DNA of 64,000 bases from Vicugna vicugna. Lineage: Eukaryota. Each line of letters opens with the position of its first letter. The first letter of the stretch is position 1. The translations under genes and the position numbers were made by a program. The stretch lies in the NCBI GenBank assembly GCA_013265495.1, contig MU058153.1, positions 1,676,001 to 1,740,000 of the forward strand, read 5' to 3'. Below the pieces are notes generated by a model. That model saw only the letters and a list, made by a program, of their open reading frames with translations, did not search any database and was not told the DNA's origin. Below are positions 1 through 11,212 of this stretch, piece by piece.

Positions 1-776
1 AGAATATAAAGTCAGGGCAAGAGATGAACATGGATTTGAATTGTGAGGCCAGCTGTGGGACCCAATTTCCAAATCTGAACTTTTTATTCTGGCCTCTACT
101 TTGTCTCTACTTCAGCGGTTTTTGCACTAAGTAAAGATTATTGTCCCCAGCTGCTCAGACTAGACATTGCAAAGCTTTTCTTCACATCAACCATGTGGGC
201 TAAAACAATTTTACCTCTGAATTATTGTTTTACCTCTTAAATATTAATTCATACATTAATACTTAAATATTAACTAATACCTCTTAAATATTGTTAGAAT
301 TTGTATATCTCCTTTTTTCTCCTTACTCAGCACTCAGGTCTAAAACATCAATCATCTCTAGGTATGTCCTGTAGAAACAGCTTGTAAGCGCTCTGCCTTG
401 GGGTTTTATTGCTTTGTTTTGTTTTGAATTTTTCAACCATGTAGTCTATTTTTTTTTTTAATTTCTCAACCATGTAGCCAAAGTGGTCTTCAAAATCCCC
501 TAAATAATCTGGTCTCTGTCTGTCTCTCCAGGCTCTGAAATCACTGTATCTAAGCCCCCATATTTACCCTTTAACCAACTGGCATTGAAGAATATAGATT
601 TCCCAGCAAAAATCCAGAGATTCACTCTTACGAGATGTAGAGTTTAGTGTAGTGTGGATTGTGTAGCTAGGTATGGAGTTACCTTTCTGGAACCAGCTGG
701 TTTTCTAAGCCAGAATTATGAACATTCAGGGGAAGGATGGAATGGATGTTAAGAAGAGAACCCACCAGCATCCACT

Positions 777-920
777 AGCATGGTATTTCTAGAATTTCAA
801 TGTGCATGAGGGTCACCTAAGATGTTGTTAAAATGCAGATTCTGATAAAAGGTGGGGCCTGAGATTCTGCATTTCTAACAAACTCCCGGGTGAAAGCTCA
901 CAGATCTCAGAGGAGCCAGG
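777..920 (+). mobile_element. MER5-family non-autonomous hAT-Charlie fragment
   Basis: Diagnostic 'tgttaaaatgcagattctga...ggtggggcctgagattctgcatttctaacaaactcccgggtga' motif. Confidence 0.8.
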
Positions 921-959
921 CATTAGTGTGTTATTCATTTGTGGGTCAGATAAAGTAGA

Positions 960-1205
960 GTCATTAGCATCTGAGTCTGGGAGTCAGACAGGTCAGAATT
1001 CAGATTCTGAATCCAATTCCTTTTGGCTGACTTGGGCATTTCCTTAAAATACCTAAGCCTCAGGTTTTACAACCATTAAACACAGTATACCCACCTCAAA
1101 AGGATGTTTTGAGTATTATTAAATGAGATTATATTACTCATATCACTGCATATAGGCTTTCAAGCCATTGAGTATAACCTACACACAGTAAGTGTTCAAT
1201 ATTGT
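960..1205 (+). mobile_element. MIR SINE
   Basis: 'tctgggagtcagaca...gacttgggca...aagcctcagg...acctcaaaaggatgttttgag...attaaatgagat...cacagtaagtgttcaat' follows the MIR consensus order. Confidence 0.75.
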
Positions 1206-2803
1206 GTTGATACTGATTTATGAGATAAAACACAACACAATAGTAAAGACTATTACTCTCAAAGAAGTTACTACATTCAGAGAAAGAACAAACATGGCTG
1301 TGTGAAAATTTGTGAAGGCTCACTCAATTCAAAAATTCTATTAGCAATGACATAAACATATAATTATCAGTAAAATCAAGAAAATACAAGTATTTTTTAT
1401 AATTCATGTAATTGGGGTCTGAATTAATAAAATTTTCTCTAGACTGAATTTCTTTTTAAAATCTATTAGGAGAAGAAAATGTGGACTAAAATTTCAGTTC
1501 TTTCCCAAAGATCAAAAAAAGTTTAGTCTCAATTTATTCAACTGCTTACAGAATTCACATGCAATTTAAAAAAGAAAATAAAATTTAGATATTGGCCAGC
1601 TTAAAGAACATTGTTTCGTATTATGCCTAGAATTCATGGAAATAAGGTAAATGTACCTAAATTCAAATTGCACTTACACGCCAAATTACAAGTTACTTTG
1701 GGAAAATTCGCTCTTTTCTTGAATTTTATGAGTAGCAGCCTGTATTAGTTATGCCTTGCTTGCCCAGCTGGAGCACATAACTGACAAATAAATTAGAATT
1801 CAAGTGTTTTTTCTGTGATTACTATTTCTGGTTGAAATAAAAGGACACGAGTCTTTACTGTATGAACTTTACTTGCATTTGGCTGCAAATTGAGAATAAA
1901 ATCAGGAGTGGGGAGTGGGGGAGGAATGGTTTTAGCCAAATTTGAGATCAGTTGGAAGGAAAGAGTGACTGTAAATAAAGATGCCACAGGACCATCTAAC
2001 TTTTCTCTTTGGATTAAATTAGGCGGCATTTACTACAATATTAAGGGTTTTGAAAATTATAATATTTTGCATTCAAATAATAATTGTGCAATGAGCAATA
2101 AAATCTAATTCACCACGTTAAAATTCAGGGCTAAATTTACAAAACATGCAAATGGAGTGGGAAATATAGATCGATACATTACAAACTCAGATGGGTATTT
2201 TTTAAATGCAATATCTGAAGTCATATCCCTTAATTTCCCATTGAAAGAAGTTAATACTTCATGCAAAGTGAATGTAATAGACCTGGCTTGAAGTTCAACC
2301 TCAAACTTAGTTAAAACAAAAAAAAAAAAGATGAAGTAATGCGTCTAATGAAGGTCTGATGGTATTTGCTTCCTGAACTTCACTTAAATTTGATTTTCAT
2401 GCAACTTTTCATGCAAGTCTGGGGAGAATGTAGGAGAGGGTTTGGAGGCAGTGGGAGGTTTCTGGACCAGTCCTGTGGCTCCTAGCTGTGGCTTGTCTTT
2501 ATCAATTGAACTAGAGAGACAAATTGGAAACAAAGACAGTTTTAAGCAGGGAATGAAGGATGGGGGATGAGAGTGGGAGCACTGTTTGTCGTGGGAATGA
2601 ACGTGAGGAAACCCAGAAAATCATTTTGCACCACAGTAGAAAGTAAAGAGAAGTTACATCTATCGATGCGTCTACAAGAAGGAGTTATTTCTAATCAGGT
2701 TTTCTCCTTTGTTTCAAAGATTGCTTATTTATTATGTTGCTTATTGATACAGCACATGATAAATAATTTTTTTAGAGAAGTTGAATATTTTATTTTTTAT
2801 TGT

Positions 2804-3056
2804 GTCATAAAAAAATAAAATAATGTCATTTGCAGCAATATGGATGGACCTAGAGATCGTCATTCTAAGTGAAGTAAGCCAGAAAGAGAAAGAAAAATAC
2901 TATATGATATCACTCATATGTGGGATGTTAAAAAAAAAAAAAAGGACACTAATGAGCTGCTCTACAAAACAGAAACAGCTTTGCAGACATAGTAAACAAC
3001 CTTAAGGTTACCAGGGGAGAGGGAGTTGATAGGGATAAATTTGCGAGCTTGAGATA
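2804..3056 (+). mobile_element. LINE-1 fragment (ORF2 C-terminus plus start of 3' UTR), lineage-specific type
   Basis: ORF 2823-3005 begins MSFAAIWMDLEIVILSEVSQKEKEKYYMISLICG, the L1 ORF2p C-terminus. Confidence 0.9.
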
Positions 3057-3106
3057 AATTCTTTTATTAAAAAAAAGATGATGAAGATAAGGTAGGGCTT
3101 TAAGGT

Positions 3107-3324
3107 CAGATTTCCTTTTTAACTTTTTGGACAGGGATTCTGCCTCCACAGGACACTCAGCAATGTCTTAGAGGCATTTTTGGTTGTCACAGCTCCGGGG
3201 AGCACGCTCTTGTCCTCCAGTGGAGACAGGCCAGGGATGCTGCTAGAAATCCTACAATGCAGAGGACAGTCCCCCACAAAAGGGAATCATTCCACCCAAA
3301 ATGTGCCAAGGTTGAGAAATCCTC
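3107..3324 (+). mobile_element. MER20 (hAT-Charlie)
   Basis: 'gcaatgtcttagaggcatttttggttgtcaca...ggccagggatgctgctagaaatcctacaatgcagaggacag...ggttgagaaatcct' matches the MER20 consensus. Confidence 0.9.
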
Positions 3325-3624
3325 CTTGAGGACTGGAAAACACTCACTGCTGGTTTTACTTACGTATTTATTAATTTTAACAGGACTAAAAGTAAGCTTT
3401 ACCAACTGTGGATACCCCATCCATGTCTTCTTGTCATTTTAATTTCCTACAGAGTCAGGACAGCCAACCATCATTTTGTTTTTCCCTTTCTATATCTAAT
3501 TGTCTTTCAAAAAGTCAATTTGCTTCTTATAAGTTGCCCAAATTGAGGGAACAGGTTGAATTTTCTCGGGAACTATTAGAAGCAGATGTTTAGATTTGAT
3601 GTTTTGTAGAGCAGATTGACGTAT

Positions 3625-3800
3625 CCTTGGTTCTATAGTCAGAATGTCTGAGTATTAATCCTGATGTGAAGTTTCTCATCTGTGAAATGGACCTGTACTT
3701 TGAACCACTTCATAGGACGAGTATACAGATGAAAAGAAATAATTCATATAAAGCAATTAGAATAGCACCTAGCATAAATGCTAAATACATGTTAGATATT
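3625..3800 (+). mobile_element. MIR SINE
   Basis: Core 'agtttctcatctgtgaaatgg' and tail 'tataaagcaattagaatagcacctagcata'. Confidence 0.75.
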
Positions 3801-4277
3801 TTTAAGGAAAAAAAACTCCTCCAAAACAATCACTCACCACAGCCTTGATCATGATTGTTAGATACTCAAGATCCCCTGATATGAGTACCATTAGAAAGAT
3901 GTATTTGCAGGTACGCTGAATTTTTTAATCCTCTCATAAGGGACACCAGCTGTACATCATAAAGTAATAGTGGACTTCTATAGCTATAAATGCAACCAAC
4001 GAATTCGCTAGATCTCCTGGAACTTTATGTAGCTGGTGAAGGATGGCTGAAAATTCTTTGCCCAGATGTAATCATAAAAATTAGAATATATTTTGTGTAA
4101 TTTTCTTTCTTGGACTAAGCTTTGCTGCTGCTATTGTAGAACAGCCTTAATCATTCCTCCTCCCACTTGATGGCATTTTTAGATCTTTTACTGAGTACAG
4201 TTGTGTCCTTTGTGTTTATATTTCAAGTTACATGAATAGACGAATATAAAAAACCGATGTTGTTTGTGTACAAAAAT

Positions 4278-4440
4278 CATCATTTATTCAACAAATAGCA
4301 TTGTGCTAGGTACTAGGAATACAGAGCCACATAAGACCAGCTTCAGCCACACAGCATCCACACTTCAGTTTCAGAGAGAGACACATGCAGAGAAGTTGCA
4401 GTACAGTGTGGTTAAGTGATGGGCTAGACACATGAGATAA
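4278..4440 (-). mobile_element. L2 3' end fragment
   Basis: 'catttattcaacaaata...gtgctaggtactaggaataca' is the reverse complement of the L2 tail. Confidence 0.65.
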
Positions 4441-4809
4441 ATATGTTGACACGCACCTTCTGCAAACTACATTTAAGTAGACAGATCTAATAGGCAACAA
4501 TCTTAAGCGTCAGATGATTATGGAGGCAAACTCCTGCTGCACTTTTGTTTAATTATCTGTAAATTCAAGCATAGGCGGTCAGGATTAATAGGATTAGGAG
4601 TTGACGTACCTAAATGTGTCCATTTTTTAAATCTTATTCTCCATGTTGTAAGTATCAAGGACAAAAGTAAGATGTCAAATACAAAAATGTCTTGTAATTT
4701 ACCCACCACCAGAAAAAAATTAGTTTGCATACCAGAAAGTATAAAGACACCTACAACAGAAAAATGAAGCTTTTAATTTCCTTTGTCACGTAGACACAGC
4801 CCTAAAGGT

Positions 4810-5250
4810 ATTCGATGCAGTTCTGGGTGCCTCATCTTAAAGGATACAAACAAATGGATGGGAGAGAAGGTAGCAAAGGGAGTAAAGTGAACCCAAATAC
4901 TGAAATTTGGAACAAGTTAGAAAACTGGGCGTAAATAGCCTAGCAATAAGAAGTCCTGGGGGGCAACATCGCAATCGTTTTCCAACACGGTTAAAGGAGT
5001 TAAACCATGGGCCGTACTGTATAATACAAATGTAGAAGAAGAATGGCTGTGTAAAGTACTTATTTCATCCTATAAAGAAATGTTGAAATATCTTTTTTAA
5101 AAAGTATGAAAAGCACTGTCTTAAGGATGCAGAGGATTCTTCCTCATCCAAGGTGCTTGTCCACAGGACTGATGGGATTACTGGGGGGGAATTCAAACGT
5201 CATATGGGTAGTGATGAATTACTTCTGCCTCCAACATCGAGAAATTCTGT
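4810..5250 (+). mobile_element. L3/CR1 LINE 3' fragment
   Basis: 'cagttctgggtgcctcatcttaaagga...aactgggcgtaaatagcctagcaataagaagtcctggggggcaacatcgcaatcgttttccaa' plus a CR1-like 3' tail 'ccaacatcgagaaattctgt'. Accounts for ORF 5106-5288. Confidence 0.65.
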
Positions 5251-5719
5251 TTTTAAAATGGGAAACTGAATTATGTGTACTTGACTAAAGTTGCTAATGA
5301 AAGTTAGGAATGGATTAAATGTTGAACACTCTTCTGGGCTGCATTCAACTACAGAGGAATCAAATTACACCACTGGTGACCCTCGGGTCTGTCGCAGAAA
5401 TGAGATGTCTATCTCATGAGGCTATTACAGTCAGCAAAAAATTTAAATAATGACAATTAAAGGGTGGCTGGTTTCCCTAACTAGTGAAAGTTCAATATCT
5501 TCTAATTATATTGGTGGCGCAGTATGGCTGCAACATATGACTTAGTAGCTCTAATGCATACTGTAATGAGTCTTTTCATTTTGGCTCTATGCTGTATGCT
5601 TTTAAATCTCTTGGGCATATGAAATATGCCACTGCCAAAGGACAAGGAACTCAATGTTTTTGACATGGTATCGGAAAGTGGCTGCTTAGGGAACAAAACA
5701 TTTTAAAAATTCAATTTTT

Positions 5720-6230
5720 TTCAGCAGTTCGTTTATTACTGTTCACCCTCTACCATTCTGCGTGCTAGATGCTAAAAATAATGCAAAGATCAATAAAACA
5801 CGAATCTTGCCCTTCAGGTGATCACTGTGTAGTGGGAGAGAAAAACATGTTAAAAAATATCTGTTAACAGAATGGGGAAAATGTGCTAATGATGCTACGC
5901 ACAAAACATGGACATGCGTGGACAAGAGCTGTCAGATCTGCTGGTGGATGGTGATGCCACCGGGAAGGAGAAGGTCGGAAATTTAAGAGTAAGTTACATT
6001 TGAGCAGCTTCTAAAACAGTGTGTAATTTGGCAGATTTAAGCCTTATAAACACTGTAGAGTAGTCACTGTAAACACAGCTAAATATACAAATGAAAACAT
6101 GAGAAAGCATGACACAGTTGGTGTGATGAGGCATTGGATGTTTGTGTTGGCAGCGACCTGGAAGTGAAGCTGTAACATCAGATGGAATCTCAACTAAACG
6201 AGATTGGAGCCATCAAGGGTCTTAAACTTC
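5720..6230 (-). mobile_element. L2 fragment
   Basis: 'tttattactg...gtgctagatgct...cttgcccttcaggtgatcactgtgtagtgggagag' antisense L2 3' region. Confidence 0.6.
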
Positions 6231-6349
6231 TTTTTCTCCATCTCTCTCTTTCTCTCTCTTTTTTTTTAAATCCAGAGCTCACTTACTTCCCAGCAGATGG
6301 AGATTACTCTTCATTACTTTTTCTAGACTATTACTTTTCTATCCTGATA

Positions 6350-6880
6350 TATTAAAAACAAATCAAACAAACCTGCTCCTTTGAGGTGCACAGTATTCGG
6401 CCCCATCGATGCTCCACCTCCCCACCCAGCTGTGTTCACCTTCCGTGTTCTAGATTCAATCTCCTCCGCTTCTCAGGAACCTTAGCTCTTGTTCGTGCTC
6501 TTTGACCAAAGCACGTATAATTCTGATTGAGGTCAAGTCTATATGGATAAGAATCCTCTTAACATTTCGGCCTCTCAGTTTTCTTAATGCCCTAACCCCC
6601 AGGGACCTTCTCACTTTCTTCACTTCAACCAGCCACCTACAAAATTCCTACCTTTTAATTTGTTATCTGCTGTTTTCATTTGTTATCTTAAAGCTGACTC
6701 CTCCAGGCATATTACGTCGCACATTCTCAGCTCTGACCACAAGCTCCTCTTTTCCCAGAAGGCGAGCTGGATCATGTCCAATACATTCATCTTTTTTATC
6801 TTCATCTCCACCTGTAGACACATCTCCTTTCTTTCCTTTAATCCTTCAGCTCTCAAATTTCTTCATTTCCAATCTACGTA
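6350..6880 (+). mobile_element. Probable L2 internal fragment
   Basis: C/T-rich degenerate L2 ORF2-like text ('cacttcaaccagccacc', 'ctctgaccacaagctcct'). Probably accounts for the 156-aa ORF 6502-6972. Confidence 0.45.
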
Positions 6881-6984
6881 GTACAGAAGGTTTGATCCAT
6901 CATTTTAAGAAAAACAGCTGTCCATTCTCTAAACATTTTAGGTCAGTGTTACTACAGAAGGATGCAGAGTGACAGTAATTGAAT

Positions 6985-7127
6985 TTTTAAAAATTCTCTT
7001 AAGATTTTATTTTTTTTAATTTTATTTATCTGTTTGTTTATTTTTTAATGGAGGTACTGAGGATTGAACCCAGGACCTTGTGCTTGCTAAGCATGTGCTC
7101 CATCACTGAGCTATTTCCCTTCCCTCT
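6985..7127 (-). mobile_element. tRNA-derived SINE, camelid Vic-1 type
   Basis: Minus strand reads GGGAAGGGAAATAGCTCAGTGATGGAGCACATGCTTAGCAAGCACAAGGTCCTGGGTTCAATCCTCAGTACCTCC plus an A-rich tail, with Pol III A/B boxes. TSD agtaa(t/c)tgaat at 6974-6984 and 7128-7138. Confidence 0.9.
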
Positions 7128-7544
7128 AGTAACTGAATAGGAGTAACTGAGTATTTGAATTGTCCAGGCCTTTCTCACTGTCAGAGAGCGTGACCCAGCA
7201 ATCCTGTGAGAAGAGATTTCCATTAACCCTCCCACAAAAGGTACTCCAGAGCTAGGAATTCATGTAAGCTGGCAGGAATGTGAACCCACTTTGAAATTGT
7301 TAATATAAGTTGGGACAGTTAGATTTTAATAGTTAGTTGGAAGAATAAAGGTGAATTGAAACTTGTGGGGCTCCCATCCGGACATGGAAACTTACAGACA
7401 TATCTGCATTTTTATCCACAGATGGACCTTTGTAAATAACAATACTATAGAGCTGAAGAGGAATGTGTTCCTGTCCTTGCTTTATTAAATCCTATCCATT
7501 GTTTTTCTATATAATTGTTTATATTAGAGATTTTATCTTCTAAG

Positions 7545-8050
7545 CATCTTTCAAGTCCATGCATTCCTTTCTATGTCCACTGCAGCTACTCTAGTTCAAA
7601 CTGTCATCATGGTGAGGCTGTAATATCCTCCAATCCAGTCTCCCTGCTTCCATCTTTCTTTCTTTTCCTCTTTGAATTCATGTGGATGCTGTAACTGAAG
7701 TTATATTCTCCCTCTGCGAATCATTCCCTTTTGCTCTTTTAACATTTCAGTGCTTATCCGTTGTTTTTTAAGTAAAAGTCTAACTCCTTCAGATAGTCTA
7801 AAGTGTCACACCCTGGCCCCTACCTTCCTCTTTCTCCTCAACTCATGAATATTCTTTCCTTTCTAGTCTCTCTCTCTACCCTCTCTCCCAGCCTTGGGGT
7901 GCACCATATTCTTTTTGGTCACCTACATGTTTTCAGTTTTGCTCCAGAAATGATGGAAAAAGATCAGCTTTTACTAATCATCATGTCCTCTTTGCTTATA
8001 ACAGTGCTTGGCACGTGGAAGTAGTTCAGTAAATATTTAATGAAAGGAAG
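7545..8050 (+). mobile_element. L2 3' region
   Basis: 'tccactgcagctactctagttcaa...tctccctgcttcca...acagtgcttggcacgtggaagtagttcagtaaatatttaatgaa'. Confidence 0.75.
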
Positions 8051-8848
8051 AGCAAAGGAACTACATCAGCACATAGGACTAATCTATATTGTTACATATA
8101 TATTTCATTGCTCTAAAATAACCTGTGTACACACACATTTTTAATAGTTTTAAATTTCAGGGTGTATTTCACACTTGATGATGTCACATGTCACTAAGAG
8201 GCTTTCCCACTGTAGTTGTTGAGGCAAGCACTGTGTCAAATTGCTTCTGCAGATAACGGGCGGTACAAATGTAACTTCCTGATTTTGTGGTCAACAAACC
8301 ATTGGTGGACCATTTAAAGAAGGAGTGTGAGTCCTGGTCGTTGTCTCAAAACCTTGTGTTGAAATTGTCTGAAATAAAAGTTACAGAATAGGTGTCAGTG
8401 GCTTGAGGGGCAATCGAAGTGGTAAGATGGAGGCAATCTCAAGAAATGCCACATTCTCATAACTTTTATTAGAACAAAGGAGGAGACCTCATAGAAACAT
8501 ATGGATACAGGTAGCCCCGAGTTGGAAATGATTCAAAAGAGTAGGGTCCTGAATGAGATGATATTTTAAGAAAACCACAGGTCAATATATTCAGATTACA
8601 TATTTCTTATGTTTTTACAAGGGTGACACATGACAAAAGATTCTTATATATGTTTAAATAAAAGTCTAAGTGATAAAACATTGTATCATTGTTTATGTAA
8701 CAACATTTATTCTTTCTTAGTGATTAATAAAATACTGACACATTTGACAAACTATGGGATCTCATCTTTAATGAAATTGATTAACATCCACTATTTTATA
8801 AAGTTCTGGTCCATTTCATAGATTTGCTTTTCTTAGGGAAAAAAAAAA

Positions 8849-9000
8849 TCATAGAATCCTACATAGTCAGATGGGACATTAGAGATTACGGAGTCCAGTG
8901 TTCTCACATTGATGATACAAATCTTAAATGATGATTAAAAAGAATTACTTCACTATTTTCAAGGAGCTAGTTACTGATCTACAAATTCAGTGATTTTTCT
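8849..9000 (-). mobile_element. MIR/MIR3 fragment
   Basis: 'tcatagaatc...gatgggacattagagatta...gtccagtgttctcacatt'. Confidence 0.5.
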
Positions 9001-10519
9001 TTTCTTGTCTGTTGGATTCATACTGAGTTATTTCTCTCTCTCGATATTAATGGAAGAACTGTACCTCAGCAATCTGGTTTTGTACTAGAAAGAGCTGACT
9101 TCTCGAGCAGAAGCTTCTAAAAGTGTACCAAGATGGTAAGAAATTCCTGAAGCCTGTTTTATTCTTTCTGTTCCTCATAGCTTGCCTACCTGCCATGTGC
9201 TATGAAGCCTGAGATTCAAATGAGCTCTCTGCAAAATACAGATACCAAAAATATGCCTTGCTTCAGAGGAACCTCAACATCCACCCCCACCACCTAAAGG
9301 AGGAAGGCAAAAAATTGCCATGACTAGCAGCCTTTCCACAAAGAATTTTTCACACCTCCTATTAACTCACTTTGAGCTTCTTAAAATAATAGGAACCCCC
9401 AATGCACTAAGAAGGTTTGGATTTTCCAGGATTCAAGTTACAGTCAACTTGTTTTTTTAGCTTTATCATTGTCGTTTCACCGAAATTCAGAATTAGGTTG
9501 GCAAGGTGAGAAATACTCAAGAAAATGTTTTGGTTTTTTTCCCTCTACCCTCTTTTGGCTCCATCTCTAGGATAAATGCTGACAAACCTGGTGACTGGAC
9601 AATAGTCAGCACTTAACAAGTATCTGCTAAAACGAAAAGAAACTGAAATAGAAAAAGGATTATTTTCCTTCGGTCCAAGACTGAAAGTGAACTTAATAGA
9701 CTTTGCAGAGTGAAACGCTGGCACCAAAGTGAGTCCTGCAAAAGGTCTTTGCTGGGAACTTTGCTTTTGGATTTGATCTGGATTTGCTTTGCATTAGACT
9801 TCTTTACAAGGACTGCCCTGTCTCCACCACTGACTCAGCTGGTTTGAGAGGAGAAGAAAGCTCACCGTGTCGAGGAGCTAAAAACGGCTAACTCCAAGGA
9901 TTTCTAACATGAAGCTAGATACAGCCAGTATCACAGAGCCACTTCGATAGTTTTTCTCTTTTTGTCTCTCCTTCTCTTCTCCTTTCTTCATAGGAAGAAA
10001 TGCTTAAAAAAAAAACAAAACCCGTCAGTTTTCATTTACATTTCTCTCTCGAACGTCCCTAGAGGTCCTGCTGGGAGTTTCAGAATAAACGTTAAAACTG
10101 AAGTCTTTATTGTGATTGTGTAGAGTGAACCCGGCAGCGCTGATTACTGCAGGAAAGAGATGGATTCCCGAGATCTAGCAATGACCTAAACTGGAGGCCA
10201 CGGAGATCACAGTGTCCCTTCCTGAAGCCTATGTCACTCAGTTAAGAGGAGGAAATTGCATTTGGGTCTTGCGTGTAGTGTAGGAGTCACGCAAGATCAA
10301 GTTATTCTTTTATTTTAGGGAAACCACTAACCCAGCACTTGGATTCAGTAGTATAAGTAACAACCTAGAAGCAAGGGAGTCACTGGGTTTTATTTTTATT
10401 CCCTCAGGCCATCGTGTAATGACAAAATCTGGAAAGTTAAGTCCTGAATGTACACCTCATTTTTGGATGAGTAGGTCAGTCTAAGGGATTTTTATTAGGC
10501 CATGGCAATACTCGGTTGA

Positions 10520-10561
10520 TTCTTTCTCTCTCTCTCTCTCTTTTTTTTTTTTTTTTTTTTT
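10520..10561. repeat. (CT)n/poly-T microsatellite
   Basis: Directly visible. Confidence 0.95.
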
Positions 10562-10664
10562 ATAGAAGCATCAGTGTTTCCCACAAGAACAAAATTTGTG
10601 GAATAGAGCAATATTTGACATTCTCTGCTATGTGTCCTGTTTGGTTGTTAAGTAGACATCTTTT

Positions 10665-11212
10665 CCTTCCCAGTGTCAATTCCTTCTTCTCCTGGTTATT
10701 TCTCCACTGTTACTCAGATGTCCGTACCGCCCCGGAGGCATCCCCATGCTCTGAGCAGATGGCTTCACCATTGGTTTACTGCAGAGCATGTGGCGAGGCC
10801 TAAGCTGGTCAGTGAAACAGCTTCTTTTGTGTTATTGATTCAAAGGTAAACAGGTACCCCAGTGGCAACCAATGAGAGGCAAGATGCTTCTGGGAGATTC
10901 TTGAGAAGGAATCTTCCTCACTCTTCACGCTCTCCCTCTTTCTATGGACTTAGAGCAGGAGCAGGTAGCCAGGGATTTATCACAGTCATCTTGTGACCCA
11001 AGGGGATGCTTTTCTTAGAATGATGCTGATGCCATGGATGGCAGAGAAGAAGGGCTGAAAACTGAAAAACTGAATGCTGGGTCAATGAGTCCAATGAATT
11101 GTGACACCTATTCTGCTTCTAGCCTCTGCAAGTGTAAGGGATAATAAATCCTTTTTATTAAGTGGGTTTGAGTTGAGTTTTTTGTTACAGGCACTGCAGT
11201 CCTAACTGCTAG
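10665..11212 (+). mobile_element. MLT1 (ERVL-MaLR) solo LTR, old MLT1J/K-like
   Basis: 'ggcaaccaatgagaggcaag...cagtcatcttgtgaccc...gatgccatggatggcagag...aataaatcctttttattaag...tttgagttgagttttttgttac...cctaactgcta'. Confidence 0.75.

Noticed and set aside
5106..5288. Apparent coding exon with two open frames
   Set aside because: Matches the L3/CR1 3' end.
6502..6972. Longest ORF in the track (156 aa)
   Set aside because: TTG start, S/L/F-biased composition, lies in probable L2-derived C/T-rich sequence; no recognisable domain.
7048..7125. tRNA gene (also ~50003-50080)
   Set aside because: A/B boxes are present, but the A-rich tail, TSDs and degenerate stems identify SINEs.
9130..9185. Donor (ATG|gtaaga) and acceptor (cctcatag) pair
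   Set aside because: The implied 45-nt intron is below the usual mammalian minimum.
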